This document shows, in pieces, positions 1-12,012 of a stretch of DNA of 64,000 nucleotides (positions are counted from its first letter, which is position 1; each line of letters starts with the position of its first letter). Source of the stretch: Saccostrea echinata (lineage: Eukaryota). The notes below the pieces were generated by a model that saw only the letters and a program-made list of their open reading frames with translations, was not told where the DNA came from and did no database searches. The position numbers and the translations under genes were made by a program. The stretch spans positions 11,842,001-11,906,000 of the forward strand of contig NW_026889803.1 in the NCBI RefSeq assembly GCF_033153115.1, read 5' to 3'.

Positions 1-3
1 TAG

Positions 4-686
4 GTGGAATGGGCGGAATGATGTCGGGTGGAATAGGCGGTGGAATGATGTCAATGGGAGGCATAGGATCCATGGGCGGTAGTATGGGAGGCATTGGATC
101 CATGATGCCAATTAGTAAAATGATGGGAAGCATGGGCGGTATTGGATCTATGGGAAGCATGGGTGGAATTGGATCTATGGGCGGAATTGGATCTATGGGT
201 GGCATGGGTGGAATTGGATCAATGGGCAGCATGGGTGGAATCGGATCAATGGGAAGCATGGGTGGAATCGGATCTATGGGCGGAATAAGATACATGAAAT
301 CTATGGGCGGCATTGGATCCATGGGCGGTATTGGATCTATGGGTGGCATGGGATCCATGGGCGGTATTGGATTTATGGGCGGCATGGGATCAATGGGCGG
401 CATGGGATCAATGGGCGGCATCGGATCCATGGGTGGCATCGGTTCCATGGGCGGTATCGGATCCATGGGTGGCATGGGAGGTAAGTTATCAGGATAAATA
501 GTATTTGGTATTACTTTCATTCTCATATTCATAATTTGAATTTGTTTACAAGTTGATTTTCTTTAAAGATAAGGAAATCTCAATTAAATAGAAAACAAAA
601 TTATTTAAATTTGATTTGATAGTTTTGAAATAAATATGATTATTAATATTCTGTAAAAATTTTCATTACAGGCATGGGAATGAAAT
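4..686 (+). CDS. Gene A (partial): Gly/Met/Ser-rich (GG[I/M]GSM)n protein, abductin-like composition; exons 4-480 and 672-686
   Basis: tag acceptor at 1-3. The 477-nt phase 1-1 exon ends G|gtaagt at 480/481 and encodes tandem GGIGSM/GGMGSM. A 15-nt micro-exon (ttacag|GCATGGGAATGAAAT|gtaagt) continues the frame as GMGMK. The 5' end lies outside the window; the 3' end was not located (N gap at 728-890). Confidence 0.85.
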
Positions 687-727
687 GTAAGTGTCATTGT
701 TAATATATCTTTATGCATAATAATTAT

Positions 728-890
728 NNNNNNNNNNNNNNNNNNNNNNNNNNNNNNNNNNNNNNNNNNNNNNNNNNNNNNNNNNNNNNNNNNNNNNNNN
801 NNNNNNNNNNNNNNNNNNNNNNNNNNNNNNNNNNNNNNNNNNNNNNNNNNNNNNNNNNNNNNNNNNNNNNNNNNNNNNNNNNNNNNNNNN
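728..890. other. Assembly gap (N run)
   Basis: Run of n. Confidence 0.99.
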
Positions 891-2842
891 TTAGCTGGAT
901 ATTAATACTCTTCAACTCTCAGGGCCACCATAAACCGTTTTCATGTTTATTTTGCTTATATGTAATAAATATTTGCAGTATCAAAATGGATTTTATTTTA
1001 TATATGAACAAACTGTGGCTTAAATTATCAGTTGATGGTGGACCATCGGAAAATTGAATACAAAAAAAAATAGGAAAAACCCTTAATATAATTTTACTCA
1101 GAACAAGTGCAACAAATTCATTCTGTACTTTTGTTAATTTAATCAAAGAGTCATAATAATTTTGACAAACAGCAAAACTACTCTAACTAATTGTGACAAA
1201 TGTAAAATTCACGTTCAGCCCATATTTCATTAATAGAAATTAATTTTTTATATTTCACACAGATAGAGTATGTCATGACCTTAAAGGGAACTGATTTTGG
1301 CAATGATCATGTTGCAAACTTTGCAGTATTGAACAATCAACATGGATTTAAGAACAAGCAATACTTTGAATTCTAATTCTTACGTGTACCAGTTAAATTT
1401 CCAGAAGTATTGAGTTACTTTTAAGAGAGGATAACAGAAGTCGTTTGAAGAGGCCTTCTTCATTTATTCTGATTAATTGTTTTCCAAGTTTTCTCATTAT
1501 GAGGAAATGTAAAAATGTACAGCTAGGTGGCGAAATTTGGGCGCTGTCTCAGAAAAAGCGATAAAGACCATTTGCGTTGAACACAAATAATATGAATCTG
1601 ATGCAACCAAATAGTTAGTAACCTTCAATGAACAAAACTAATATCAGAGGAAACTTTTTCACATTATATGTTTTGAGATCCTGCATGCAAAATCACATCT
1701 GTCTTGTTAACAATTTTACATGGAGGACCACAATTCATTTTACTTTTGTCCTTTTTAAATAAAGTCTGAAGATTGTTTTATTACTAAATTGAAAAAAAAA
1801 TCAATGATTTTATTGAACGACATATGGGTTAATCTTCTAAGAAATAATCTATACTGTAACAACATTACACAAAACAACCAATTTAAGAATTATGTATCTA
1901 TACACATTTTAAAATACGTTCAACCCATTTTATGTACAGTTTAGAATTCTTAATGTTATGTTTAGTTTTGAATCATTCTTAAATAAACAAATTAATTGGT
2001 AATTGTAAAAATTGCAATACAACTCATTTACTTTTTGTTGGAATGTCAATCATTTGTAATTGTTACTCATACTATAAAGCAACAGTTCAAAAATAAATTC
2101 CATTTGGTGAATAGATAAGCAACAAACTAATAAATTATTTAAATACACTACTTGTGGTAAATTTTTAAAAAGAAAATGAAGAAAAAAAAATTCAATTACT
2201 GGCAAAGAAACCGATACAAATTCAAAGGGAAACTACTATGCATTATTTTAAACAGATCAAGAATATATAAACCAAATCACAAATCCCATAGTTCCAAGAT
2301 TTAGGCAAAAATTCATTTAAAAAAACTTGGCATGCCTAATTTGCGTCACGGTTTTTCATAAATAAATCACATGGATTTAAAAACAAGCAATACTTTGCAT
2401 GTTAAAAATTCTAAAATATATTTCAAGCACTCTTGTTTACACCATCAGGTTAATACTAGTAATAACAGTTGACAGAATGCAACAAAACCAACTAAACGAG
2501 ACCTTACTCCTGTTAAAACTATGTCAAATAGACCCCCAAAAAAATTAATAACAAATTTTTAATTTGTATCAAATATCAGGCTTCACTGCTTCTGGATCTG
2601 AAAGTTATTTTAATCAGCAAAAGGTCTATTTTCTATGTGAAAAACATCGAACTGAAGCTCAAAAAGCTTATGAGGAATAAGAGAAGAAAATTATTCCATA
2701 AATCGACGTCGAGGTACAAAATTAAACATGTCCAACGCCAACTTCAAACTGAAAAGATAGTCAAGACGTACTATTGTATCTGATAATAGTGCATTTGATT
2801 AAGTATGTAAATTCAAAAGATGAACTAAACGTATGCTTTCTA

Positions 2843-4321
2843 CGAATGGCTGATCCAAATAAAAAGTCATAACTGCTTTAAAATCTTTAATAATCGAAAA
2901 CAAAATTTTACATACTAACACCTCTATCTTTTTTTTTTTTACTTTTGCTTTAAAATTTCATTCAGAAATATACAATACTTTTTAAAATATTAATTTAAAC
3001 ACAACGTTAAGTCTCGTCTATCGCCAATGGATAGAAAAGGTACTGACGTTCGTTATATATGACGTTCTTCTTCGGCACTCATTTTTAGTTCATCCATAAT
3101 ATATTAGTCTCTCACATGAACATTTTATTCATGTACACTCCCAACTTGTGCTGGAGCGTCTAGTTCTGACATATTTCATAAAAAATATTTTAACTTTTTA
3201 CATTGCATTTGCATACTGGTATTTATTACATTTTCAACAATGAAATACTGTGATTTATTCATTGAATAAAATTGATATTCCCTCACAGTGTGAAAGGATA
3301 CCAAAGTGATATTCTCTCACTGTGTGAAAGGATATCAAAGTAAGTAAAATATAATTTCTGGCCTGAAATAAGATTGAGATAGTAACTAAACCATCTTGAC
3401 AGAGACTAAAACTGCCAATTTCTTCCCAAATATGTTGCTTAAATTCATGTAACAATGTTTTCATCTCTCAACTGCTAAGCTATGACGTCTCAACTGCTCA
3501 TCTGTGACGTCACAGCCTATTACATTGTGTTAAGAAAAGACAGGGGCAAAGGGAAAATCAAAGAAAATGTAATAAATAGAAAATTCAATGTTTTGTAGTT
3601 GGATATGGAACTTATTTCACTCGTGAGACAGGATTTTTTGATATTTTCACTCGTGCTTCGCACTCGTGAAAATATCAAAAAATCCTGTCCCACTCGTGAA
3701 ATAAATTCCATATCCAACTACAAAACATTGAATATCCTCTATATGTATCGCTGTGCGTACATGTTTATCTTGAAAGCGTAGCGTCGGATTTCAGAGGCGT
3801 CGTGAAAAGGTCACACTTCCTTCTACTTAGCATCTGTTCATTTTTTGACTTCTTTTACATTGGTATTTTGAACAACTTTTGTATCTTTATAATGTTTATT
3901 ATTTCCTTCATTAGTTGTCAAATGTTTTGGAAATCAACTCTGGCGTTAAGTCAGGTTCTCAAACTTTTAAACATTTCAACAGAAGAAGAAAGTGAGTGGA
4001 CGATCAGTCAACTTTTAACATCACTTACTCTTGAATCTGACGATGCACATAAGATCTAAGCAAAAGGACTCAATGTAGAAATAACTTTGGTTATAAAGAT
4101 TTGCAGATGAACTAAAAATGAGTTTCTTTTTTTTTTTTGGATGAGATTGACAAAACCTAAGGTTGAAAGGTTATAAAAAAGGTTTTTTTTATATTATTGA
4201 AGGACATTTTTAGACAAAAATCAGAATATACAGGGGTATAAGTATGTAAAACTGTGTTGATAATATTCGATCAATAAAGATCTTATAGCAGTTTAGGCTT
4301 TACTTTTTGGTTCAACCCTCG
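2843..4321. mobile_element. Tc1/mariner-like non-autonomous element (long TIRs, TA flanks)
   Basis: Left ta|cgaatggctgatccaaa and right ttttggttcaaccctcg|ta. Internal arms are also inverted (actcatttttagttcatc near 3077 vs gatgaactaaaaatgagt near 4106). Same family as 24754-26023. Confidence 0.65.
3583..3733. repeat. Near-perfect ~150-bp palindrome (hairpin-type non-autonomous element end)
   Basis: attcaatgttttgtagttggatatggaa...ttccatatccaactacaaaacattgaat, centred on gtgc-ttc-gcac (3653-3663). Confidence 0.85.
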
Positions 4322-5556
4322 TAATTTTGATGAACATTCAATAAAAGTGAAGAATTCTGAAATTGAACAAGGTCGTTAACTTCATGTGACCTTTGTAACT
4401 ACATGTTATTGCTTACATGCTCTATGACTGGTGTTTTATAATGAAGTCCTAGTCATTTACAAGTATTCGTAAAGGGGTACCAAATAGGACCATAAGACTC
4501 CTTTTGTCTTCATACCATTATGTTGCAGTTGGAATGGTCTTTTGCTACCATCTGGCTTGTCCAGAATTTGTCGCTAAAAATTGTTAGACTACACGATTAT
4601 TGTGCAGTCCTAAATACAAAGTCTAATTTTTTAATCATTTTTGTAGTCAAGGGTTCACAAACATGTCCTTACACCTAAATGTAAAAAAGATAAAAATGGT
4701 GTTTCGGATGAATGTTCTATCATTTCTACATCTACGGTGACCAATCAACTCTTAGTTTTAAGACTATTTTCACTTTTTGGTTTCAACAGTGAACGTACTT
4801 GGGACTTACCATTGATGAAGCTTAAATGTTTGGCTGATTAAAATATGTTCTTGCACTGAATACTCTTTCTTGTCTACATTTGATCTAGATTCTTTTTTTT
4901 CATATCAGGTTTGATAAAGTCTGCATCATATTTTACACTGTCAGAGGGGTAAGTTGAAAGCTCAGCACATTCCTGAGCTACGGTAACAGATCACAGAAAA
5001 AAAGGAGCGGATCGAAATCTTTGTTTCGCGAAGATGTGTCATCAAGGATTGTCTGTAACAAATTATACATGCCCGTTTGTAGTATTACACATTTATTTGC
5101 ATTTATTGTTTCACTTTTGTACATTTTGTGGAAATGTTCTCATTTATTTCTAGATATATGATTCACAAGGAAGTCCTTAAAAGAAATCCTCGTTAGTCCT
5201 ATCCCTGTCCATTTTTTTTTCTTTTTGATTTTCCACTTTTAATAATTTGGTAGTGTATACATAAAAGACTTGTCGTATTAGATATGTTATGTCATGCTGA
5301 AGGATATTTGCCATATCAAAATATTGCTTTTCTTACAATTTGCTTAATGATAGAATGTCAGAAAAGAGGGTTTGCTTTTGATGATTTTGACTTGATATTT
5401 TTAAAACAACCGCAGCGAAATCGAAGATAAAAATATTAAATTAACAATCATTGAAAGCAAAGACTACAGTCCAAATGGTCACAGAAGCTCTAGTATTTAT
5501 CTCTTCTACTCAATTTATCATAAATGCGTACCTTTATAAAATACATAACATTTGTT

Positions 5557-6443
5557 TTTCACATAAACCGTATCAGAATTATTCATCATTAATTAAAATT
5601 TAAAAGTATTTTATTAAGGAATATTTCGAAGCCTTTGTAGTTTCTTCTCATTTCCAAAGTATTCTTTATCGATATGTACCATCAATTACACTTTTTAAAT
5701 ACTCTGTATTTTGCAATTCAATCAGTCTTAATGTATAGAAAATACCAACATGATAAAAATTGATAAAAAGTAAACTACACTCTTATCCTTTTTTACATAG
5801 CGATGTATTTATGCATTAGAAGACATACGCAGAGCACACAGTATGACTGGCCAAACAAAATTTTGCGACCAAACTCTACTATTATGTTGTCAATTTTGAA
5901 TTTACTAGATAGAGGTACTAGTAAATACAAAATTTTATCATGTTGCAAATTTTGCATTTACAGTGAACCGCCATCTAGTAATTCTAAATTGACAACATGA
6001 TACCACTATTCAAAACGATCGCAGTTCCAATATAACGTCTTTTTATACTTTGTCACAAATGCATACACAAAAGTTGTAAGATTATCCTGCCTGTTTCCTT
6101 TACAATTTACAATTGAACGATCGATGCCTAATCTTTTTCTAGGTAGTCAATGGTAAAGTCTAATTTTTAATTGCATTTCTCTTTCACATAAACTGTAACA
6201 AACTTGTCAAGAATCAATTTTTGTAATTTATTAATTTATGAATATTTGAGGCCTTTTTAGTATCTTCTCATTTTCACAGTTTTCTTTATCGATATTACCA
6301 TCAAGTATACTTTTAAATGATATACTCGTATGTACTTTATGACAGTTACAATCAAGTCGGTCTTAATGTTGACAATGTCTTGATAAAAAATAAACCAAAC
6401 ACTTAAACTTCATGTACACAGTCCTCAGTATGACTGGCCAAAC
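5557..6443 (+). repeat. Diverged direct duplication (~5557-5856 vs ~6182-6443) upstream of gene B
   Basis: Collinear shared blocks: tttcacataaac, gaatattt..gcctt..tagt.tcttctcattt, ttctttatcgatat..accatcaa, gtcttaatgt, and an exact cagtatgactggccaaac. Confidence 0.75.
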
Positions 6444-6676
6444 GAAACATTTCACCAGAATAGTAGACTTTATCATTACTAAATACTGACTTCCAAACTT
6501 TTTCAAAAGCAGCAGTATTAGCTGACTTCCTGCCAATTATTCATCGTGTACAAACTTGGTTTTACACAGTGAGGGATGTCGGAGAACACAAATCTGCAAA
6601 GTGATCACGTTATTTCAGTCATTAAACATGTCACCTTCCTATGTGTCGAAACAACCACATTCGCAGAAAGTGCTAT

Positions 6677-6684
6677 TATATAAG
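6677..6684 (+). promoter_or_regulatory. TATA box of gene B (TATATAAG)
   Basis: Lies upstream of a short non-coding exon ending gctgaag|gtgagg at 6747. Confidence 0.6.
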
Positions 6685-7041
6685 TAACCCAGGAAAAGAA
6701 CCTTTCACGAGAAGTTTGTCTCCCGTCAAAATAGTTTGCAGCTGAAGGTGAGGTTATTCAAAAGATAAGATTATGCAGTTTGATTTTATTCTAAATCTAA
6801 AGTGATTTTCAACGTCTCCTTTGAAACCGCTCTTACTGGTCTATTTCTGAAATGTTTTAAGCTTATGGTGTATTAGATATTTATGATGTGCGATTCAAAT
6901 ATTAATAACATTTGATCTGTTCAAGTTTTTAAATTCTAATAATTCGTAGAAATGTTGAACCTAAAGGAAATATACCCTGATTTCTTCTATTCTTCTCGTG
7001 ATAATTTTCATCTTTTTTCTATCGATTCATTTTTATTTCAG

Positions 7042-8110
7042 ATGGCAACGTACATGTCTTTCATTGTTTTGTTGTCTGTGTCAGCCTTAACTTTTGTCCA
7101 TGGTAAGTACTTTATATTTTAAGTTAAAGGCATTCAATTTACATTTTTTTTTATAAATAAAGATTATGCAGGGAGTATTTAATGATTGAAAACAATGTAT
7201 TTTGATCTAAGAATACTATATGAAATGAACACGAAATATTGATTGATAATTTTTGCTACACATAACTTTGAATTTCCAAGATTAGTACTGAATTAATATG
7301 TATTTATTGAACATAAAGGTGATTTCTACACAAACAATTGATAATCACTTTATCTTAAATATTTTCATTAAACAGGTATCAACCTAAGTCAGAATAGTAA
7401 AAAAAAAATGAAATGAATAATTTTTAGACACTGTCTTTTAAGGAACTCTTCATCCCTTGATTGACATATTGGGGATTTTTTTTTTTAATTTAACAAAAAA
7501 CCTCAGTATTTTATTTAGACAAGAAATTAATCCAAACCAATAATAATATGTACGAGACTGTAAAAACAACCCATAAATTTTCCATTAAGGTTTTCCATAT
7601 AGCCGCACGGGCATGTTGGTGCTTCCTATAGGTAATAACGCTGAGGAGCCGGTTCAACCTATGATGATTATCCCATTCAAAATTGGCCAACAACCAATGA
7701 TGCCAACGATGCCCATGATGCCTAAGCCCATGATGATGAACATGATGCCAATGATGAATAATAATGCCAACTCGAATTCCATGATGCCCCAACAACGAAT
7801 GGAGAGACCGGAAATCAAAACAGATGCAGGTTAGTGGTATTCAGAAAAAAAGCTTTATTGCTTATATTCCTTTGAAAGTATTTGTTTCTTGCAAGAAGGA
7901 ATATTTTGCTACATAGCCCATTAATATTAAAATGCAAGTTATGATGATCGAAATCAGCGAATTATAAAACTGATTTTTATATTGATTTATTCAAAATCTT
8001 TGAATACTTTCAGATACAATATTTTACAAAATACGATGATTTATATTTATAACAATTGATATTTTTTTTTTTACTTGTTTTTAGCAGGTAGAAAAACCCT
8101 GGAATTTTGA
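7042..8110 (+). CDS. Gene B: secreted Met/Pro-rich protein, ~107 aa; exons 7042-7102, 7590-7829, 8088-8110
   Basis: tttcag|ATG. Signal peptide MATYMSFIVLLSVSALTFVHG, phase-1 gtaagt. Exon 2 FPYSRTGML...QQPMMPTMPMMPKPMMMNMMPMM...KTDA. Last exon GRKTLEF*. AATAAA at 8212-8217. Confidence 0.8.
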
Positions 8111-8287
8111 ATATTAAAAGACTTTTACCTGAGCTGTTCTTTTTCACCGGAAGTGACATTAAAATATTAACTGTCCTTCACTAGTGTCTGTGATACTTTA
8201 TGTAAATTTAGAATAAACATTTTTAATTTCGAAGATTCCTTAATCTTTTGCATCATGCCATTTAGGTTCTATTGCTTATAATGGATG

Positions 8288-8410
8288 AAACACGGAGATA
8301 ACGAACAGTAATCAAGCTCAAAAGTCCATTGAAACAATAAAAACCGGGAGCAGAGCAAACACGGACTTCTAAAAACATCAGAGGTGGGATCGGGTCCCAT
8401 GGAGGAGTAT
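8288..8410 (-). mobile_element. Short 3'-terminal remnant of the Penelope-like element family
   Basis: ggagataacgaacagt...gagcagagcaaacacggac...agaggtgg...ccatggaggagt matches 12013-12135. Confidence 0.7.
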
Positions 8411-9483
8411 TTTACTGTGAATAGTCTGATCCAACAGTAATAGCTCTGGATTCCAACAACTTATTTCCAATCGTTCTGCGAGCAACATGATTAAAACAAA
8501 TGGTGCTTCCTGAATATTGGAATTTGGCTAAAATTCTTTTAAAAAATGTTCATAAACAACACAATGAAGCGTGGTATATAAAATAAACTTATGAAAGCAG
8601 GCGTATTTTTCCAAGGAAAAAAAAAAACAAAAGAGGGAAAAAGAGTCTCAAGCGACGTTTTGTTAAAAAAAATTGTAACAGACATATTTTTTCTACAGAT
8701 ATGATTTGATGACAATATTGTATAGTTATTCGTTTTAATTTGTTATTGAAAGTTTTTTTAATTGATTAAAACATAGAGTTAAATAAAACAAAAATATTTG
8801 ATAACGATTTTACTGGCTTACCTTATAAGATTATTTTTTATTTATTATTAACGATGTTTTATCGTTCATTAATGGGAATAAATTTGCTTTGGGTAAACTT
8901 AATTTATGTACAATTTGCGATCTGTTTCAAGATTGCAATCTAAGACGTATATATTTCATGCTTGATCGAAGTGCAAATGACATCAGTGTCTTAATATTTC
9001 ATGGATCTTTTGTTCTTGTTATTTTGTGCAGAACACGGATTTTAACGACCGGAAATGAAATGTTCTACGATTAATGGCGTCGTGGAACATTCTAAGTTTG
9101 ATGATGAATTGTATCTTTAAACACACAAGGAGATAAAACTGGCGCATTTCCTACATCAGGTGTGAACATCTTCTGACAAGAACAGTACAAAAGGCGTAAC
9201 ATATCTGTAGATGTTATCTCTTCGTTATCATTAGCAAAAAGCCACACTAATTACATAACACGAATTTCCAAGCTATAATTTTATTCGTAAATCATGAAAC
9301 AAGACTTTACAACATGGATCATTTGTATTAAGAAAAAACATTTTAATCATGCATAAAGATTTATGTCAAAATGGAAAGAAATTACAATGTATAGTGTTAT
9401 ACCCTAACTAATGTGCAACAATTCGAGGGTGATCACTTAATATGGCAACGATTTTGAAGTGTAATGTTTTTGATTTGTTTGTA

Positions 9484-9990
9484 TCAATAAATATGCTTTC
9501 CTAACAAATCGTTTAACATTAAGTCTCTAACAGTGATCAGGTTTGGATTGCCTTGTCGTTGTTTTATGATAGGGCTCAGTGGACTCAGGTTCCAGTGACG
9601 ATGTTTCTGTGTCCATGTCGACATTTTCGTACTTGGATTCTTCACTGAAGAGCCAGAGAGTGTGTACGAAATTCCTGTGTGAGCTGAAAATGACATGACT
9701 TTGCATTTGATGAAAGTGTTTAAAGTTAATGTTCAATTTTTTTCTCTCCAAAATGAATATATAGAAATTGACATAAAAACTATAGTTATATAGACAACAT
9801 TATTCAAATGATAAAAGATTACGACGCACAGGTTATGTATTAGTAATGAACAGATAAGATGGTAACAAAAGCATTTATTACATTTAAAAAAATGATTTAT
9901 AAAAATATTTATCTAACACTTACCTGAACCTTTCGATACAATATTGAACAGAAAAAGAACCCAGAAGACAGTCACATTCGATTTCATCAT
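9484..9990 (-). CDS. Gene C: small secreted basic protein, ~88 aa; exons 9990-9924, 9683-9484
   Basis: Signal-like MMKSNVTVFWVLFLFNIVSKGSA ending in phase-1 gtaagt. Acceptor ttttcag|CTCAC; the frame continues HTGISYTLSG...LLGKHIY*. Upstream non-coding exon donor at 10724 and TATATAAA at 10775-10768. Confidence 0.7.
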
Positions 9991-10767
9991 TAAATCTAAA
10001 ACTGAAATATTTAAATTTCTATTAATCATTTTACAGCTAAATAATCAATTATAGGTTACTAGTAACATTTATGCTCATAAAATATCATAAATCAAATTAT
10101 ATCTTTTCACATCTTATCGATGTCATTTCCAAGCTAATATCCTGCGTGTTAGATGTAGAATCATAAATTCTACCGAAAAAGAAAGTTTCTTTTCAGAAAG
10201 AAAAAAACTCCAGGTCATCTTGACTTTGATTCCTATCGTCCCATGTTTGCAGGGAGAATGGGTAAGGTAGCATAAGAATCTCTCTCTCCAATCTTAAATC
10301 TTAGACCTAATTTTTATTTCTGTTATTTTATCTATCCCTGGTAATTTTTAAAACCTAAAGTCTTTGTATATCTAAAATTTCGCTAAATATTGTCCCTTCT
10401 GGTACATGTATATTTTATTTTGTCGAGGAAAAAGGAAGTAAAATATGTCACAAATACAATACATGTATTTGGTGCTGCCAGAATGTATTTCATTCTAATC
10501 AAAGAATTTAATCTTTTTATTCACAACATATGAAAGAGAAGTTATATATTATAAATTGAATGTTAAATGAATATATAACATTTTAATGTGTAAATGTGTC
10601 GGTTATTTTTAAATCAAAAGACACATTACCAAAGACAGGTATCGTTAAATAATCAAGAGCTCTCATCTAAAAATCTTTTACTATTGACGGGTAATATATT
10701 TTTTTTTTAAAAAGATATACTTACAACAGAATTGTCTTCATGTGATAAAAAGTTTAATAACTTCACA

Positions 10768-10775
10768 TTTATATA
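10768..10775 (-). promoter_or_regulatory. TATA box of gene C (TATATAAA)
   Basis: About 45 nt upstream of a gtaagt donor (10724-10719) on the minus strand. Confidence 0.5.
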
Positions 10776-11918
10776 AAAAGTCTTAACAGAATCGAAAATT
10801 ATACAAAACTGTAAACATGATTGATAATATTTTCAAAAGAAAAATCTTTCAAATGCTTCTTCCCTGATTAAGTTATCGTTCATTAAACTTTATGATAGAG
10901 AATTTGTCATCAGTATGAAAAAGTTTATTTGTAGGGACATGAAGAATTGTTAACAGTTCATTGAATTTTTATGATGAAAGAAATGTATGAGGATTAAGGG
11001 GGTTAGCATTCTTTAGATGTCGGTCAAAACAAACATTTTTGGTTAATGTTGACAAACTGCCCTGCCATTGTTAAGACGGTCTGAATTTTTATTGTAAGTG
11101 GAATGACTTATAGTCATTTTTCTTTGTTGTTTATCTGTGAAATTTTATATATATGCTCATCACCAATCATGCATTGTCGATCATAAAATCGTTGACAATT
11201 TCACAATTTGTCAAGTCTACTCAAATGTACAGGGCAAAGATTTTTTTTCATTGTTGTATGTCTGTCTGTGTCAAAATTTTATTCGTGCCATAACTCTGCT
11301 AATCAAACTTTAGTATGCTGGTGCTCAGGATTTAAAGTTCGTCCAGATCTTGTCTCAACATTGATGTCAAAGGGCAAAATACATTGTAAATTGACTTGAT
11401 TGTTTTTAACTGTATCGACGATTACCTAATTTAAGTTGTTTCACAAGGGTCATATATCTGTTAAATGGTGGTTGGTTCACTTTCTTTGCATGAATATGTT
11501 AGTTATGCATGTGTTGTTGGGGGAGGGGGGATTTTCGTTAGTTTGTTTGCTGTTTTTGTATTCATTTTCTTCTTCTTCGTCTTTTTTTTTGTATGTTGTT
11601 TTTTAACTTCGTGATTTGGAAATATGCAAATCAAAAAAGAACAAAAAACAAAAAACAAAAAAAAAAACAACAAAAAACAAAAAAACTAAACAAAACTAAA
11701 CCAAAAAAAACCCCAAACAAATCGACAGACAAACAAAAACAGAAACAAAAAAAATGCATAAAAAACAAAACAAAAACCAGACATGCCTTATCTTACGAAA
11801 AACATACATGTATTATCTCACCACTAAGCATACAATGAATTGGTGATATGAAGTTCTTCCACACGAAATATTTATTAATGATTAGAACATGCCAACTGTG
11901 ATGAAATACTTGAAAGTT

Positions 11919-11957
<39 letters not shown>

Positions 11958-12012
11958 TTTTTATTTATTTATTTTTTTTTTTTGCATAATTTCAGCATTG
12001 CATATTTCATCA

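Noticed and set aside
313-501. Trp-rich alternative-frame ORF (DPWAV repeats)
   Set aside because: A frameshifted reading of the GGIGSM repeat; the synonymous variation fits the Gly/Met frame.
713-1057. ORFs containing X runs (also near 14.3, 17.9 and 21.9 kb)
   Set aside because: Artefacts of N gaps.
1263-1294. Candidate terminal exon for gene A (cacacag|ATAGAGTATGT...TGA)
   Set aside because: Phase-compatible, but no compositional support; the true exon may lie in the 728-890 gap.
11040-11400. Apparent abundance of TTGACA/TGTCAA motifs upstream of cluster genes
   Set aside because: Cannot be distinguished from background in AT-rich DNA without an enrichment test.
11593-11838. Lys-rich ORF
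   Set aside because: Translation of an A-rich (caaaa)n low-complexity tract.
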